Below are positions 10,296-24,291 of a stretch of 64,000 nt of DNA, one piece after another. The notes below the pieces were generated by a model that was not told where the DNA came from, made no database searches, and was given only the letters and a program-made list of their open reading frames with translations. Position 1 is the first letter of the stretch. The number at the start of each line of letters is the position of its first letter. Both the position numbers and the translations under genes were made by a program. Location: positions 1 through 64,000 of IMG/VR virus record IMGVR_UViG_3300027621_000003, one strand, 5' to 3'.

Positions 10296-11203
10296 TATTG
10301 AGCCGTAATATTTTGATAACTTTTACTGAAGTCAATATTTGTACCTCTATTATCTTTAACCTCATACAACAAGTTATTAAAGTCATCTTTAATTTCATAC
10401 AAGTTGAATTGTTGATAAATGTTGTTTTGAGCATCATAGATTGTGTAGATACCATCCTCCATAGATTTAGTTTGATTACCATAAAGAGCAATACCCAATG
10501 TATCAATGTCATATTCAGAAACTTGAACCTCTAACATTAATGGATTGAAGTAAGTATTTGATAATACAATACTCTGAGCTGGTTGTCCAATATATGGTGT
10601 GGCGTTTGGTTTGTTTGTTGGTGATGAACTTGGTGATAAAGTACAAAACACCAAATTAGTTTGACCTTCAGTATATCTATATCTAACAGCCTTTTGTAAA
10701 GTATTAGTTAAATTTTGAATAACAGGCTCACAATAAAAATTTGAAGTAACAATCCTAAAGAAGTTAGGTATTTTACTACCATCAGAGTTTAAATATTCAA
10801 TTCTAAATCCAACAAGTCCTTGAGCAACAAATTTATTAACATATTGACTTGGTACGTTACTTAAATCAATTACAATTCCTTTAACGTTTGGTAATGCTGA
10901 TAACACACCACAATCAGTAATACTTGTTCTAATTTCCGCTGGTCTTATATAAAGAGTGTAGATACCTAATTGAGTGAATGTTTCTGCGGGTAATCTAAGA
11001 TTGTATAAACCACCCAAGATTTCATTTGAGTTTCCGCCAGTTGCTGCATTATTAAAATAAGGTCTTAATATTGTTGTCGCATCCAAAGTGGTTAGAACAA
11101 AATTGTCCGTCACATCTCTTGATGGTGTATAATTCATGACGATACTTACGTCTTCGGGTGATACATCTGCCGGTCTTATTGTACCATAGGTTCCTGTAGC
11201 CAT
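10295..11203 (-). CDS. Hypothetical structural protein
   Basis: 302-aa ORF, stop/start overlap with the downstream gene; TATTTATT upstream. Confidence 0.6.
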   Translation of the reverse strand: MATGTYGTIRPADVSPEDVSIVMNYTPSRDVTDNFVLTTLDATTILRPYFNNAATGGNSNEILGGLYNLRLPAETFTQLGIYTLYIRPAEIRTSITDCGVLSALPNVKGIVIDLSNVPSQYVNKFVAQGLVGFRIEYLNSDGSKIPNFFRIVTSNFYCEPVIQNLTNTLQKAVRYRYTEGQTNLVFCTLSPSSSPTNKPNATPYIGQPAQSIVLSNTYFNPLMLEVQVSEYDIDTLGIALYGNQTKSMEDGIYTIYDAQNNIYQQFNLYEIKDDFNNLLYEVKDNRGTNIDFSKSYQNITAQ

Positions 11204-11246
11204 TTTTTTATTTTATCTATTAGTAATAAATACCATTTTTATTTTT

Positions 11247-12326
11247 TTATGTAACATTAAAAAAGTAATATCCATATTTTATTAAGTCTCCCAAATTATC
11301 AACCTCACCAATTCTTTGTATTCTTTCATACGCCGAATTTTTACCTCGTTCAATGAATATATTGGATTGGACTTCAGCTTGAGCAATGACACCCAACAAT
11401 AATTCATCTTTTACTAAGGGTTCTTGTACCATCCAATCTGCGGTTAAACCCGATGACTGAAGAAAGAAAATTGTAGTACCATCAGCATAGTCAACATAAT
11501 CAACATTCTGTATTGTATATGCAGTATAAACTAAATTAATTTCAGTAATAATACCATAATCAACATTATTCTTTTGAACAGGTACTAATAATTTAAATTT
11601 TGGTGTACCATAAAATGCCAAGTCGTTAATTCTTGAATCAGTATATCCACTAACAGTAAATGGTACTGAAACATATGCCGATGAAACTTGGTCTTCAACT
11701 AAATTAACACTGTCACCAGTAAAAATATAGTTGTACGATATTGGTGTTGCACTCCAAGAACCAACATTTGGTGTAAAGTATGCAGTTCCACTTGGATTAA
11801 AATCAGGAACTTCAACATATGGTGTTTGAATATTTTTAGATACCGTTGTGTTTCCCCAAGGATTATTTTGTGATAATGTAATTGTATATTCACTTGGGTT
11901 TGTATTATACGTGTGAACAATAGAATTAGGCGCGTACGTATTAATTGGTTGTAATGGTGTTCCATCACCCCAATCTAAAAAATATGTTGACAACTGAAGG
12001 TAGGCATTAAACTCAACATCTGCGGTATTATAAACATACCAAGTAAATGGATTTCCTGTTGTAGATGAAAATATAAAATTATTTACAACATTTATTTGTG
12101 AAATTGCACCATCAAATACAGAGTAATAACCCAAATCAATTGTATTTTGTGTTAAAAGAATTGGAACTGTAAGACCTGTTAAACTTGACGTGTTGTTAAC
12201 ACCACTTGTTAAAGTTTGGGTCATAGATGAATACACCCCAAATGTCTCACCTGAGTAAGTAACATCATGAATGATTGTATTCAAGACTTCGGGTGATACC
12301 CTGATATTCATTACTTGTGTATCCAT
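11247..12326 (-). CDS. Structural protein with PKD/Ig-like domain
   Basis: YFLDWGDGT...VHTY...YTITLS PKD signature; 359 aa. Confidence 0.65.
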   Translation of the reverse strand: MDTQVMNIRVSPEVLNTIIHDVTYSGETFGVYSSMTQTLTSGVNNTSSLTGLTVPILLTQNTIDLGYYSVFDGAISQINVVNNFIFSSTTGNPFTWYVYNTADVEFNAYLQLSTYFLDWGDGTPLQPINTYAPNSIVHTYNTNPSEYTITLSQNNPWGNTTVSKNIQTPYVEVPDFNPSGTAYFTPNVGSWSATPISYNYIFTGDSVNLVEDQVSSAYVSVPFTVSGYTDSRINDLAFYGTPKFKLLVPVQKNNVDYGIITEINLVYTAYTIQNVDYVDYADGTTIFFLQSSGLTADWMVQEPLVKDELLLGVIAQAEVQSNIFIERGKNSAYERIQRIGEVDNLGDLIKYGYYFFNVT

Positions 12327-13108
12327 TATGGGTTTACGTATTCATACCATTTTATCGGATTTGAAACTGTTCCGGCTCGTACCCCTCTTGGGTAATCAAA
12401 CACTTGATATGTTTGTGTTGCATAATCTAAATCTACTTTGTAGTAAAAATATTCTTCAGATGGAAAATCATAATAGTTTGGTAAAGAACTTTGAGGTGCT
12501 TTCATCATTTTTATAAACTGTCCTGTATTACCATCAAAGAACTTGGCCGTCATATAAAAAGTATTGATATTCAAGAATTGTCTTGATTTCAACCAATAAA
12601 GAAAAAACCCTTCTTTATCACCAATGTAATCTAATTGATAACTTGGTCTTTTAATTGTAACCGCTGTTGTATTATTTAAAACTGTTGGTTGAAACTTTCC
12701 TTGTTGTACTGGTAATATTGTAGTAAAATAAGATTTTTGTGTTCTTGTAGTTGGACTATCATAAAAATCTATTTTCCAAAAAGATTTTGTAAATGATGGA
12801 CTATAATAATATACTTGGTCAGCAGTAAATTTTGCCAAGTAAGAATTTTCCCAAAAATTGTTAACCGCAAACACGGGATTGTTTAAATAAAAATCATAGT
12901 TTAAAGAACTTTTTGTTCCATCATATAACTGATGGTCAAACCTATTAACTTCGTAATCATCCCCTTGATTTAATATTTTTTCAATAATGGTTGACTCGTA
13001 TTGTTCAATGGCTTGTTGCTGACCATAGAAGTCCCACTCTTGTTGAAGAGGTATAACCAAATCTTTTGGTTGGTTATTAAACAACACTCTTATCTTATTC
13101 GCATCCAT
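12326..13108 (-). CDS. Hypothetical baseplate-region protein
   Basis: 260-aa ORF overlapping both neighbours in the operon. Confidence 0.6.
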   Translation of the reverse strand: MDANKIRVLFNNQPKDLVIPLQQEWDFYGQQQAIEQYESTIIEKILNQGDDYEVNRFDHQLYDGTKSSLNYDFYLNNPVFAVNNFWENSYLAKFTADQVYYYSPSFTKSFWKIDFYDSPTTRTQKSYFTTILPVQQGKFQPTVLNNTTAVTIKRPSYQLDYIGDKEGFFLYWLKSRQFLNINTFYMTAKFFDGNTGQFIKMMKAPQSSLPNYYDFPSEEYFYYKVDLDYATQTYQVFDYPRGVRAGTVSNPIKWYEYVNP

Positions 13109-14786
13109 CTATTATAGGGTCTGGTACAATTTGGTACAAATCTGTTATGTCAAATGACGCACCTTCAGGATATAATCTGAAAGTAATATCTTGGAATGGG
13201 TAGTGGGCAGTATTCAAGTATGGATAATCAACACCTCTACCTAAATTGTCAATATAACCATATTCGTAAATATCTCTCCAAAACCATAACTTGTTGTTAT
13301 CACTGAAGTAAGCCCAATATGGAATTCCTTCAGTTCCACTTTGTTCAGCAGTTTCAATATAATCTGAAAACACTTTCAAGGTAATTGGATAATGAACTTG
13401 GTAATAAAACCCACTTGGGTTTGTAGATGCGGTAGGTGCAATATCAAACGCTTTTTGGTAATAGGTCATTTTATTCATGTAGTTTGAAATAACCCTTTCT
13501 GATTGATTACTTTCATTCCACTCACACCAATCACCATACATTGTATCCCCACTATATCTTGGTAGATTAACCGTAAAATTATAAGGAACACCATTTTGTG
13601 TTTTTGTGTATCCTGATGTTGTGTTATTTTCTAATGATGTTGGATTTGTTGTTGCCCACCACGGGTTTGTTGTCTTTGGCACCATATTAAATCCCCAACC
13701 TCTTCTTAATTGATTGAACCAACCAAAGTATCCAACGTTTTGAAATGTTGCAAACACTTGTGTTAAAGGTTTTTTATTATTATCAACTTGATTTGTAACT
13801 TCCAAATCACGAGCCATGGTAATATTATATGTGTTTGAGCTTTGATAATTAACAACCCTTCCAACATTGTTTGGTGTTAATGAAGAAAATTGATAAAATG
13901 AACCATCACTAAATGGATTCAATTCAAATCCGTTTCTTGTAATGATTGAATCATGTGGATTACTAATAATCTTATGTAATCTAACATAATATTTTGATTT
14001 TGTTTCACCAGAATTATTAATGTCTATGATTCGTTTAAAGAATCCTTGATTACCACTATTAAATGTTGAACCCGTAAATCCAACATTGTATATACTAAAA
14101 ATATATTCATCTGAACCAATTGTATTATCACCCAAATAAGAAACTTGGAATGTGTTAACACCACTATAATTAAATGACAATTCAACATATTCATTAACAG
14201 ATAACCCGTGTGGAACAGGGCAAGTAAACTGAATTAACGGTGTTCCATTTTCAGTTCCTTGAGATATTTTAAATGGTATTCCATCCCCTGATACCCATGG
14301 TGTTAATGACTGACCATTTGAAAAGTAATATTGCATTGGTACCGTATAGTCATTTTCATATGGATAGGATAAAACAACATTCCAATTATATGTTGACGCA
14401 CTTTTTGCAACAAAATTTAATTGGGTTGATTCCACATCTGTTCTAATAAATTCAAATTCTTGATATGTTGGTAATCCACTCCATATCCCATTGATTACAG
14501 ACAACTCGGGATTAATATAATATAAATTATCTCTATACGGTTTGTAATTACTATAACCTACCAAGTTATTTTTGTAGATATATGATAACTTAACTGTTGG
14601 TCTAAACAATACAGATTTTTGCCTTTCAGCATCAAACAATGTTGCTAAATTAACATTAACAGTTCTATCATAATCAATTACTTGTGATTGTGTTTGATTT
14701 AATTCTGTTACAAAAGATAAATCTGCATCGGGTGCCGACTTATACCTCAAATCAGGTTTAACTACTATGTAATTACTTTCGCTCAT
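13095..14786 (-). CDS. Hypothetical baseplate-region structural protein
   Basis: 563-aa aromatic, beta-rich ORF with HGL-x4-Y-V beta-barrel-like motif (PHGLSVNEYV); ATGA overlap with upstream gene. Confidence 0.6.
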   Translation of the reverse strand: MSESNYIVVKPDLRYKSAPDADLSFVTELNQTQSQVIDYDRTVNVNLATLFDAERQKSVLFRPTVKLSYIYKNNLVGYSNYKPYRDNLYYINPELSVINGIWSGLPTYQEFEFIRTDVESTQLNFVAKSASTYNWNVVLSYPYENDYTVPMQYYFSNGQSLTPWVSGDGIPFKISQGTENGTPLIQFTCPVPHGLSVNEYVELSFNYSGVNTFQVSYLGDNTIGSDEYIFSIYNVGFTGSTFNSGNQGFFKRIIDINNSGETKSKYYVRLHKIISNPHDSIITRNGFELNPFSDGSFYQFSSLTPNNVGRVVNYQSSNTYNITMARDLEVTNQVDNNKKPLTQVFATFQNVGYFGWFNQLRRGWGFNMVPKTTNPWWATTNPTSLENNTTSGYTKTQNGVPYNFTVNLPRYSGDTMYGDWCEWNESNQSERVISNYMNKMTYYQKAFDIAPTASTNPSGFYYQVHYPITLKVFSDYIETAEQSGTEGIPYWAYFSDNNKLWFWRDIYEYGYIDNLGRGVDYPYLNTAHYPFQDITFRLYPEGASFDITDLYQIVPDPIIDGCE

Positions 14787-17700
14787 TCTTCTGATTTAAT
14801 ATATAATTTTGTAAATTTATCCATGGCAGACGAACCTTTCTTTAAACCGAAATAAAAATACCATGGTGCACTTGTTATAGTTTCATTATTATTACCAAGT
14901 GCCGGTGATTGGGAATATTGTCCCAAACTATTTGTTTGGTAAATGTAACCTTTTCTGTTTTGAATTTGATTGTTTCCTCCAATGAACATTGGGTTTAACA
15001 TTCTATCTAAATTTTGATATTTTTCTTTGTAAGCATTACCTTCTGTATACCAATTGTTTTCCTCGTTACCAAAAATGGACGGTTGACCATCAATATATGC
15101 TGTATTTGACCATCTATAAAATGGAACTTCTTGTGATTTGGTTCCTAAATAATCAGCAATTAATGTATTTCCAGTAAATGTTCTGTCTATTCTACGTGGT
15201 GAAATTAAATCCCTTTCTTCAGTATACCCACTATAAAAAATACCAAATACCGAATTTTTTTGATTATCAACAGACACGTAAACAACATTGTCAGTTGTTG
15301 TTGCAGGGTCATCAAAATAATTATCCGCAGTATATGGTACAATACCATACTGTGAATTGATTTGTAACATCTGAGCATAATCACCATCAACCCTTAATTG
15401 GGGTCTACTGAAAAATGCAGAAATTGATGTGTCTAAACCTGTTTTGGTTGATTTTAATAGGTTAGAGTTTGATATTCTTGATATTATAAATAATTGCAAT
15501 AAATCAGACACATTGTTCCAAGATGTTGCATTGAACCTATCCATTTGATATCCAAAGTAATTTGGACTTTTGTTTACATCTTTACTCCAAATAAATTTTG
15601 GACCCAAATCCATAATTGTAGTTGGGTATAATAAGTTTCTATCATTCACTGGTGAATTAAATAGTCCTGATGGTGGGTATTGACCTATAAAATTTTGACC
15701 ATCCCATGGACTTGAACGATAATAAAAATTATTAGATTGTGGTTCGTACACTATTGTATCGGCACAAAAATTATAAAAGGCTTTATTTAAAACAACTGTT
15801 CTAACAATTGGCTCATTCTTAGCATTAAATCTAACAGCATTTTGGAATGGGAACGCAAACAATGTTCCATTTATCCAAGAGTTTACAAACGTATGTGAAA
15901 AAGTTCCTTGACATACTGCAATCATTAATCTAAGTCTTCCAATCCATTCTATAATTAATGAATAATCATTGTTCCTACCAAAGAGGGTACCAATTGGTTT
16001 GTTTACTAATATGTAACAACCCTTAACAACAACTTTATCTCCCTTTTTAGTATTAGTATTACATTCATTGGTTGCGGGTAATGCAGTAAAATTTCTACCG
16101 TCACCTTGATAACAAGACAAATCAACCATACCATTACAGGTAAATGAATTGGCGATAGCATTAAATGTCGCACCTGTTACTAAATCAGGATTTGCTGTTG
16201 GGTCACTAAAATCAAATGATGGTACAACAAGTTGGGTATTAGATGTACCATTATCATCGACAAAGGTATAAGGTAATGCGTTTGATGCTTGCCAAGCAAA
16301 GTAGTTATTAGCACTACCATCAAATATAGTACCAACAGGTAATCTATCTGACCTCATAACCATTTTTTGACTATACACAACCATTTTACCGAGTCCTCCA
16401 TTACCATAAGATGGTGCAAAATATAACCACGGTCTTGTATTATTATTATCATTACCGTTTTTATCTTTTTTAATTTTACTTAATCCCTTAGCCTTTTCTG
16501 CCCATATAAACGAACCACCTTCAATATATTCACCTTGTATATAACCTTCAGTACTACTGTTTGCAACCAATTGTCCACTTCCACCATTATACACCATCGC
16601 AGTTGTTAATAAGCTATCCTCATTATCAGAGTTGATTTTATATTTATCAACTCGGTTAAGGTCTAATGCTGAATAATAATTTTGAAGTGTAGTGGTATAA
16701 GCACTATATTGAGTACCAGCGGTGTATTGAAAAGAGTTGAAATACAAATATCCATTTGAATTGGATTGTAAGTTACTTGTTAATTCTGCATTTCTTACGG
16801 TCTTTAAACCTTGTTGGACGGGAACGTTCATGTAAAAATCACCACTAATCACTTTTTGACCGTAACTACTATAACCAAAAATTCTTGATAAATCATATTT
16901 GATTGATTTACGTCCACTGTGTGGGTCAACACCCCTAACCATAAAGACTAAACTAATTTCACCACCAATCCATTGTCCAATATATGAATCATAAAAATCA
17001 TGACCGTCTTTACCATCATTTTTAAAAAGTTCAATTTTTTGATATAATTGAGTTAATAAATTTCCTGGTAAGACCGAACCAGCAGGTGCTGGAACTGAAC
17101 AAGAATTTATATTATCTATACTGAATTTTTTTGTTGAACTTAAACTATTTTCACAAGCACATATATTTTCAGTCGCACCATAAGTTGTATTTGTGTCTTG
17201 GTCCACAACAATACCAATTGTTGCTGTTTGTGAAGTTCCATTGTAATCCGTATAATTAATGGTGATTGGATTTGTAGTTTGATTTGTTACAGTATAATTA
17301 AGGTAGTTACAAGTTGTAGTTCCTTTAGCATATGCCGCGTTTTGAGATACAAAATCATTGTAAGTAACACCAGTAATAACTTGGAAATATTCAATGTCCG
17401 TTGGGAACTTGTAAGATTTAGTTTCATTTGGTACTGTCGGGAAATTATATGTTACAGTACTATTTGATAAATTTGGTGATGTTGGATTGGCAAATGTCAT
17501 CGTTACACTTTTACCAACGTTTGTTGTTCCTGTTATCCCTGTTTCAGGTGTTGAAGTCGCACCACTTGTATTTGGGTCAGTTGATTTGGTCAACTCTTGG
17601 AAAGATAATAGTTGCCCCGAAATAAAAGTATTTTGAACATCTGGGTCAACAAATACCGCCATGATATTATCAAAGTGATTTGTATTTGAATTGTACTTTG

Positions 17701-19831
17701 GTTCTACTTGTACTTTAATTCTGTTTGAACCAGCGTAGGGGTCAGTATCAAAATATTTTGATTTTAAATTATACTTGTTGATAATTTCCCATGGTGGTAA
17801 TTTATCAATAAAATCAAAATCATTATTATCATTTTTTCTAATTGGGACTCTAACACTTTCAGTATTAAATCCTTTACCCGCAAAAACTTCTTGGTGTTCT
17901 GTTACATTAGATTGATTTGGATTCCAATTGTCATACACAAAAAAATCGGCATTTAATGATAATGAATTTTGTGCCGCGGCTTCTTGAATTGCTGTTAACT
18001 CATCATTGTCTTGTGGTACAGGTTCTTGTTTACATTCACAAAACTGACATTCAGGATATGTTAAATTTGGTAATGTTATTTTACTAAATGGATTTGTTAA
18101 TTCTTTAAAAAGATTTTGAAAATTGTATGGTTTTGGGCAATTTATTTGATTATCAGCACCACGCAGTTTATTAATCGCTTTACAAATAACTGAAACAATT
18201 GTCAAAATTGTTCCAAACACAACTTTTAATAATACACTTATAATTGGCCATATTAATGCTAACACATGGACAATAGGTAATAAAATCATAATTGTTAATG
18301 ATGCTGTATATAACAAATACGTCACTAAGGTTGGTATTATACTAAAATTTTGTCTTAACCCATCTGTTGCCGGAAATCTATTATTTTCACTTTCACATTC
18401 AGTATTAGTAATTTCTTTAATACCAATAAACTTTTTTCTATTAGTACCTTTTTTATATTCATCAATTAATTGTGATACCGTATAGACTTTATTATATTGA
18501 AACTCATAGAATGTATCTTTACAATCAATAGCATCTTGTGCGTTAGTATATCCACTCCAATCTAAACCAAAATAATAAGAACCTATTAACTCTTGATAAC
18601 CCACATTACTGTCAGGTTTATAAATTGGGTCATCGTATGGATTTGCAGTACCCCAACCATATTCTTTAATATTTGGTACTAAATAATATGCTCGTCTAAC
18701 TTCATCTTTTGCAAAGTTGGCTGGTTGTGAATATTTGATTTTAAATCTATATTTTCCTCTAGTTGGTATACCAATTTTTGGGTCAGGACTTAAAACTTGT
18801 TCACCAAATTCATTAGTGGTTACATAATCCAAATTCATTGGAACTTCTAATAACCATGTTCCATCACTATCAATTGTTTTTGCCCCTTGTGGAAATTGAG
18901 CTTGTTCTAATATAGGTCTACCTTGGGTGTCTTGAAAAATGGTTTGTCTGACACCAATGATTTCTCCAGGTGCGGTTTCTAATGAACAAAGACTTCCTAA
19001 ATCTTGTGGTGGTTTACAATTCTTTGGTAAAGCATAATCTTTACTATTTGTAATCAAAGAACCCATAAACATGGCTGTTGGAGATATATTAATACCTGAT
19101 TGACGTAAATCAAAATCAGTTCTTGTTATATCAATTTGACAAATTTCTGGTTGTCCCCAAAATGGTTGTACATTTACACTTTGGTTTAAAGTTACGATTT
19201 GTGGTAGTTCAAATAAGTTAGTTGAACTTTTAAAGTTCACACCGTCAAATTGGTCTGCGGTTGCTCTACCCATTCTGATTAAATCTTGTGGTGATAATGA
19301 GAATGGTCCGATGTCAGACAAATCCATATCCATAACAACAGTATACGTTCCGATTGGAACACCCATTATCATATAGTCACCACTACCATTTGATTTAACA
19401 GTGAATTTATAATACTTGTCATAAACCTCAATCAACGCTGGGTTTGTTAAAATATCATTTTTACTTGGGAATGTTCCTGTTGGGATATGACCTGTATGTT
19501 GTTGCTCATAAGGTAATAGATTATATCTATATCCATCAGCGTTTACATCATTAAGACTTCGGTAAGGATATAAATCATAAATTATTTCATCATTTAAATC
19601 TTCATCTGTTATTGGAATAAAAACAGAAACTCTTACATTTGGAACACCGTATCCACCATTGGCAAGAACACGACCTACAATTACACCATAGTCTGCACAC
19701 ATTCTTGTGTAGACATCTTCACTTCTGACTTTTAAAGAAAGTATCTCTAACTGGTCAAAATCTTGTTCTAATTCTATATTGACTTGTCTATCAACACCAA
19801 CTTCTGTACGTATTCTATAAGTTTTGGACAT
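14783..19831 (-). CDS. Large baseplate/tail-associated protein with N-terminal carboxypeptidase-regulatory-like domain and an internal hydrophobic hairpin
   Basis: 1682 aa; GVIVGRV...GVPNVRVSV...SNGSGDYMIMGVPIGTYTV; about 55-aa hydrophobic segment near residues 497-550. Confidence 0.65.
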   Translation of the reverse strand: MSKTYRIRTEVGVDRQVNIELEQDFDQLEILSLKVRSEDVYTRMCADYGVIVGRVLANGGYGVPNVRVSVFIPITDEDLNDEIIYDLYPYRSLNDVNADGYRYNLLPYEQQHTGHIPTGTFPSKNDILTNPALIEVYDKYYKFTVKSNGSGDYMIMGVPIGTYTVVMDMDLSDIGPFSLSPQDLIRMGRATADQFDGVNFKSSTNLFELPQIVTLNQSVNVQPFWGQPEICQIDITRTDFDLRQSGINISPTAMFMGSLITNSKDYALPKNCKPPQDLGSLCSLETAPGEIIGVRQTIFQDTQGRPILEQAQFPQGAKTIDSDGTWLLEVPMNLDYVTTNEFGEQVLSPDPKIGIPTRGKYRFKIKYSQPANFAKDEVRRAYYLVPNIKEYGWGTANPYDDPIYKPDSNVGYQELIGSYYFGLDWSGYTNAQDAIDCKDTFYEFQYNKVYTVSQLIDEYKKGTNRKKFIGIKEITNTECESENNRFPATDGLRQNFSIIPTLVTYLLYTASLTIMILLPIVHVLALIWPIISVLLKVVFGTILTIVSVICKAINKLRGADNQINCPKPYNFQNLFKELTNPFSKITLPNLTYPECQFCECKQEPVPQDNDELTAIQEAAAQNSLSLNADFFVYDNWNPNQSNVTEHQEVFAGKGFNTESVRVPIRKNDNNDFDFIDKLPPWEIINKYNLKSKYFDTDPYAGSNRIKVQVEPKYNSNTNHFDNIMAVFVDPDVQNTFISGQLLSFQELTKSTDPNTSGATSTPETGITGTTNVGKSVTMTFANPTSPNLSNSTVTYNFPTVPNETKSYKFPTDIEYFQVITGVTYNDFVSQNAAYAKGTTTCNYLNYTVTNQTTNPITINYTDYNGTSQTATIGIVVDQDTNTTYGATENICACENSLSSTKKFSIDNINSCSVPAPAGSVLPGNLLTQLYQKIELFKNDGKDGHDFYDSYIGQWIGGEISLVFMVRGVDPHSGRKSIKYDLSRIFGYSSYGQKVISGDFYMNVPVQQGLKTVRNAELTSNLQSNSNGYLYFNSFQYTAGTQYSAYTTTLQNYYSALDLNRVDKYKINSDNEDSLLTTAMVYNGGSGQLVANSSTEGYIQGEYIEGGSFIWAEKAKGLSKIKKDKNGNDNNNTRPWLYFAPSYGNGGLGKMVVYSQKMVMRSDRLPVGTIFDGSANNYFAWQASNALPYTFVDDNGTSNTQLVVPSFDFSDPTANPDLVTGATFNAIANSFTCNGMVDLSCYQGDGRNFTALPATNECNTNTKKGDKVVVKGCYILVNKPIGTLFGRNNDYSLIIEWIGRLRLMIAVCQGTFSHTFVNSWINGTLFAFPFQNAVRFNAKNEPIVRTVVLNKAFYNFCADTIVYEPQSNNFYYRSSPWDGQNFIGQYPPSGLFNSPVNDRNLLYPTTIMDLGPKFIWSKDVNKSPNYFGYQMDRFNATSWNNVSDLLQLFIISRISNSNLLKSTKTGLDTSISAFFSRPQLRVDGDYAQMLQINSQYGIVPYTADNYFDDPATTTDNVVYVSVDNQKNSVFGIFYSGYTEERDLISPRRIDRTFTGNTLIADYLGTKSQEVPFYRWSNTAYIDGQPSIFGNEENNWYTEGNAYKEKYQNLDRMLNPMFIGGNNQIQNRKGYIYQTNSLGQYSQSPALGNNNETITSAPWYFYFGLKKGSSAMDKFTKLYIKSEE

Positions 19832-19905
19832 TCCTTTTACTTTCTATCATAAATAGTTTATACACTATTTTATAATAGTAGTTAAAGAATGAATAAAATA
19901 AATTA

Positions 19906-21747
19906 TCAAGAGAAGTTTGTTGTCTGGTAATTTTTAACTCTTACCGTGATGTCTTTGGTTGGGAAATGGACTTGGTAAATTTGATTTGGTTCTGCAAATA
20001 TTGTGTTGTCCACTAAAGAAATTTTCTTTGTTGCCACATCTTCATAAGGCATTGCTGTTTGTGCTGAACTATATTGACCACCGACTTTGTTAAATACTGA
20101 AATGTCTGTAACACTTAACACACCATTTTCGGTTTGTAATATTCTATTCAATTCTGATAGTACAATATTTTCACCCAAACCTCTTACAGTAGGACTAAAG
20201 AATGTGGTGACTCTATCCACAATGTTTGAAATAACAACTCCTTGGTTTTGTGTGGCATCTAAAACAACTGAAATGTCTAACGCCAAATCAATTACTTCAG
20301 CACTTCCAATAACAACATAATCATTAATCATTCTATAATTTGACAAATATTCCGCCAAATTTTTCTTCATAGTTTGTGAAACTTCAGATGTTAAATTACC
20401 TGTAGCATCATATGATAATACATTGATATTAATTTTATTGTTGTTTTCAGTAATAGACACTTTGGCGGGTGCTCCAAATTGACCCGGCATATTTCTTATA
20501 ATCGCTTCGTAATCATGTATTGTAACCGCTCTGTTTTGTGCTGCAAAGTTAAACGTTACATAATTTCTAACTTCTTCAGTTGATGGATATCCTGCTCCAC
20601 CAATCGCGGCCGTTACGTTATTACAAGCTAATGAATTAATTACAGAATTATTTATAATATCAGAAGGTCCATTAACAAAGAAATCAACAGAACCAATTTG
20701 TGTAATAACATTAACACCTAAGTTTGTACCTTGTCCACCACCAATTCTATATTGTATAAACATTGTTGTATTTGCTTGTGGAGCATTACCCAATGACATT
20801 GAATTGTTTTGGTATCTTTGAATCTTTAACGGTACATCAAGTGCTGTAAACTCTCTAAGTTGGTCTTCAGCAGTATTTGTTCCTCCACCAAAAGTAAGTT
20901 TTATAAAACCTTCAGGTGTGTATTCTGTAATAAATCTATCTTGTGTTTGTATATATCTTCCAACTTTAATTGCTGGGTCATCTGATGGTTTTGTAGGGTC
21001 CTCAATAAAAACTCTATCTTCAGCAAGTGCCGATACTTCATACCATCTACCTTGCACACCTAAAAATTCTTGTGCCGTTGGTACGTTAGAATAAGATGTA
21101 CCATCTCTTTGAATTATTGATGTGACTCCTAAAACATTTTTTTCAGGTAAGAAAAATTCAAAGAAAGGTCTAACATCATTTGGAGTTATAACTCTTTTGA
21201 ATACCTTTGTAATACCATTTACTACAGTTTCTCTTTTAGTGATTGTGTAGTTTATTAAGTTGTTGTTGGCATCAAAATTTGGTATCTTTAATCTATTTGG
21301 TATACCATCAGCATTAAATGGTGATGCGAAATCAATATCATATATTGTTTCAAATACTTGACCTGAACCTTGAACTTGACTTCCACGTCTTAATGTTCCC
21401 AAATATCTTTCATCTTCTTTATCACCAAATGCCGGAACTGTAATTGAAAAATCAACCAAAGCTACAGATGGTCTTTGACCAGGAATTTTTAATCCATACG
21501 TTCTTGCAATGTTATAGATTGATGAACGTTGTTGTGCATATTGAAGAACTGTTTCTTGGATACTTCTATCTATATGATAATGTAAATTGTCGGCTACGGC
21601 TGCGTTTAAATCCAAGAATACAGAAAAAACTGAAGCATCATTGAAGTTATCAATCAATTCAGGATAATAAGTTTTTGTGTAATTAATTAATTCCTGACGA
21701 ATTGCTTGGAAATCCCTTACGGTATATGATATTCTTCTTTGAGCCAT
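19906..21747 (-). CDS. Baseplate wedge subunit (T4 gp6 / baseplate J-like)
   Basis: RDFQAIRQELINY, LTFGGG, YRIGGGQGTN, AIGGAG...EEVR, QNRAVTIHDY motifs; follows the gp25-like gene. Confidence 0.9.
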   Translation of the reverse strand: MAQRRISYTVRDFQAIRQELINYTKTYYPELIDNFNDASVFSVFLDLNAAVADNLHYHIDRSIQETVLQYAQQRSSIYNIARTYGLKIPGQRPSVALVDFSITVPAFGDKEDERYLGTLRRGSQVQGSGQVFETIYDIDFASPFNADGIPNRLKIPNFDANNNLINYTITKRETVVNGITKVFKRVITPNDVRPFFEFFLPEKNVLGVTSIIQRDGTSYSNVPTAQEFLGVQGRWYEVSALAEDRVFIEDPTKPSDDPAIKVGRYIQTQDRFITEYTPEGFIKLTFGGGTNTAEDQLREFTALDVPLKIQRYQNNSMSLGNAPQANTTMFIQYRIGGGQGTNLGVNVITQIGSVDFFVNGPSDIINNSVINSLACNNVTAAIGGAGYPSTEEVRNYVTFNFAAQNRAVTIHDYEAIIRNMPGQFGAPAKVSITENNNKININVLSYDATGNLTSEVSQTMKKNLAEYLSNYRMINDYVVIGSAEVIDLALDISVVLDATQNQGVVISNIVDRVTTFFSPTVRGLGENIVLSELNRILQTENGVLSVTDISVFNKVGGQYSSAQTAMPYEDVATKKISLVDNTIFAEPNQIYQVHFPTKDITVRVKNYQTTNFS

Positions 21748-21752
21748 TTATG

Positions 21753-24265
<2,513 letters not shown>

Positions 24266-24291
24266 TTTATTTAAAATACTATTTTTTTTTA

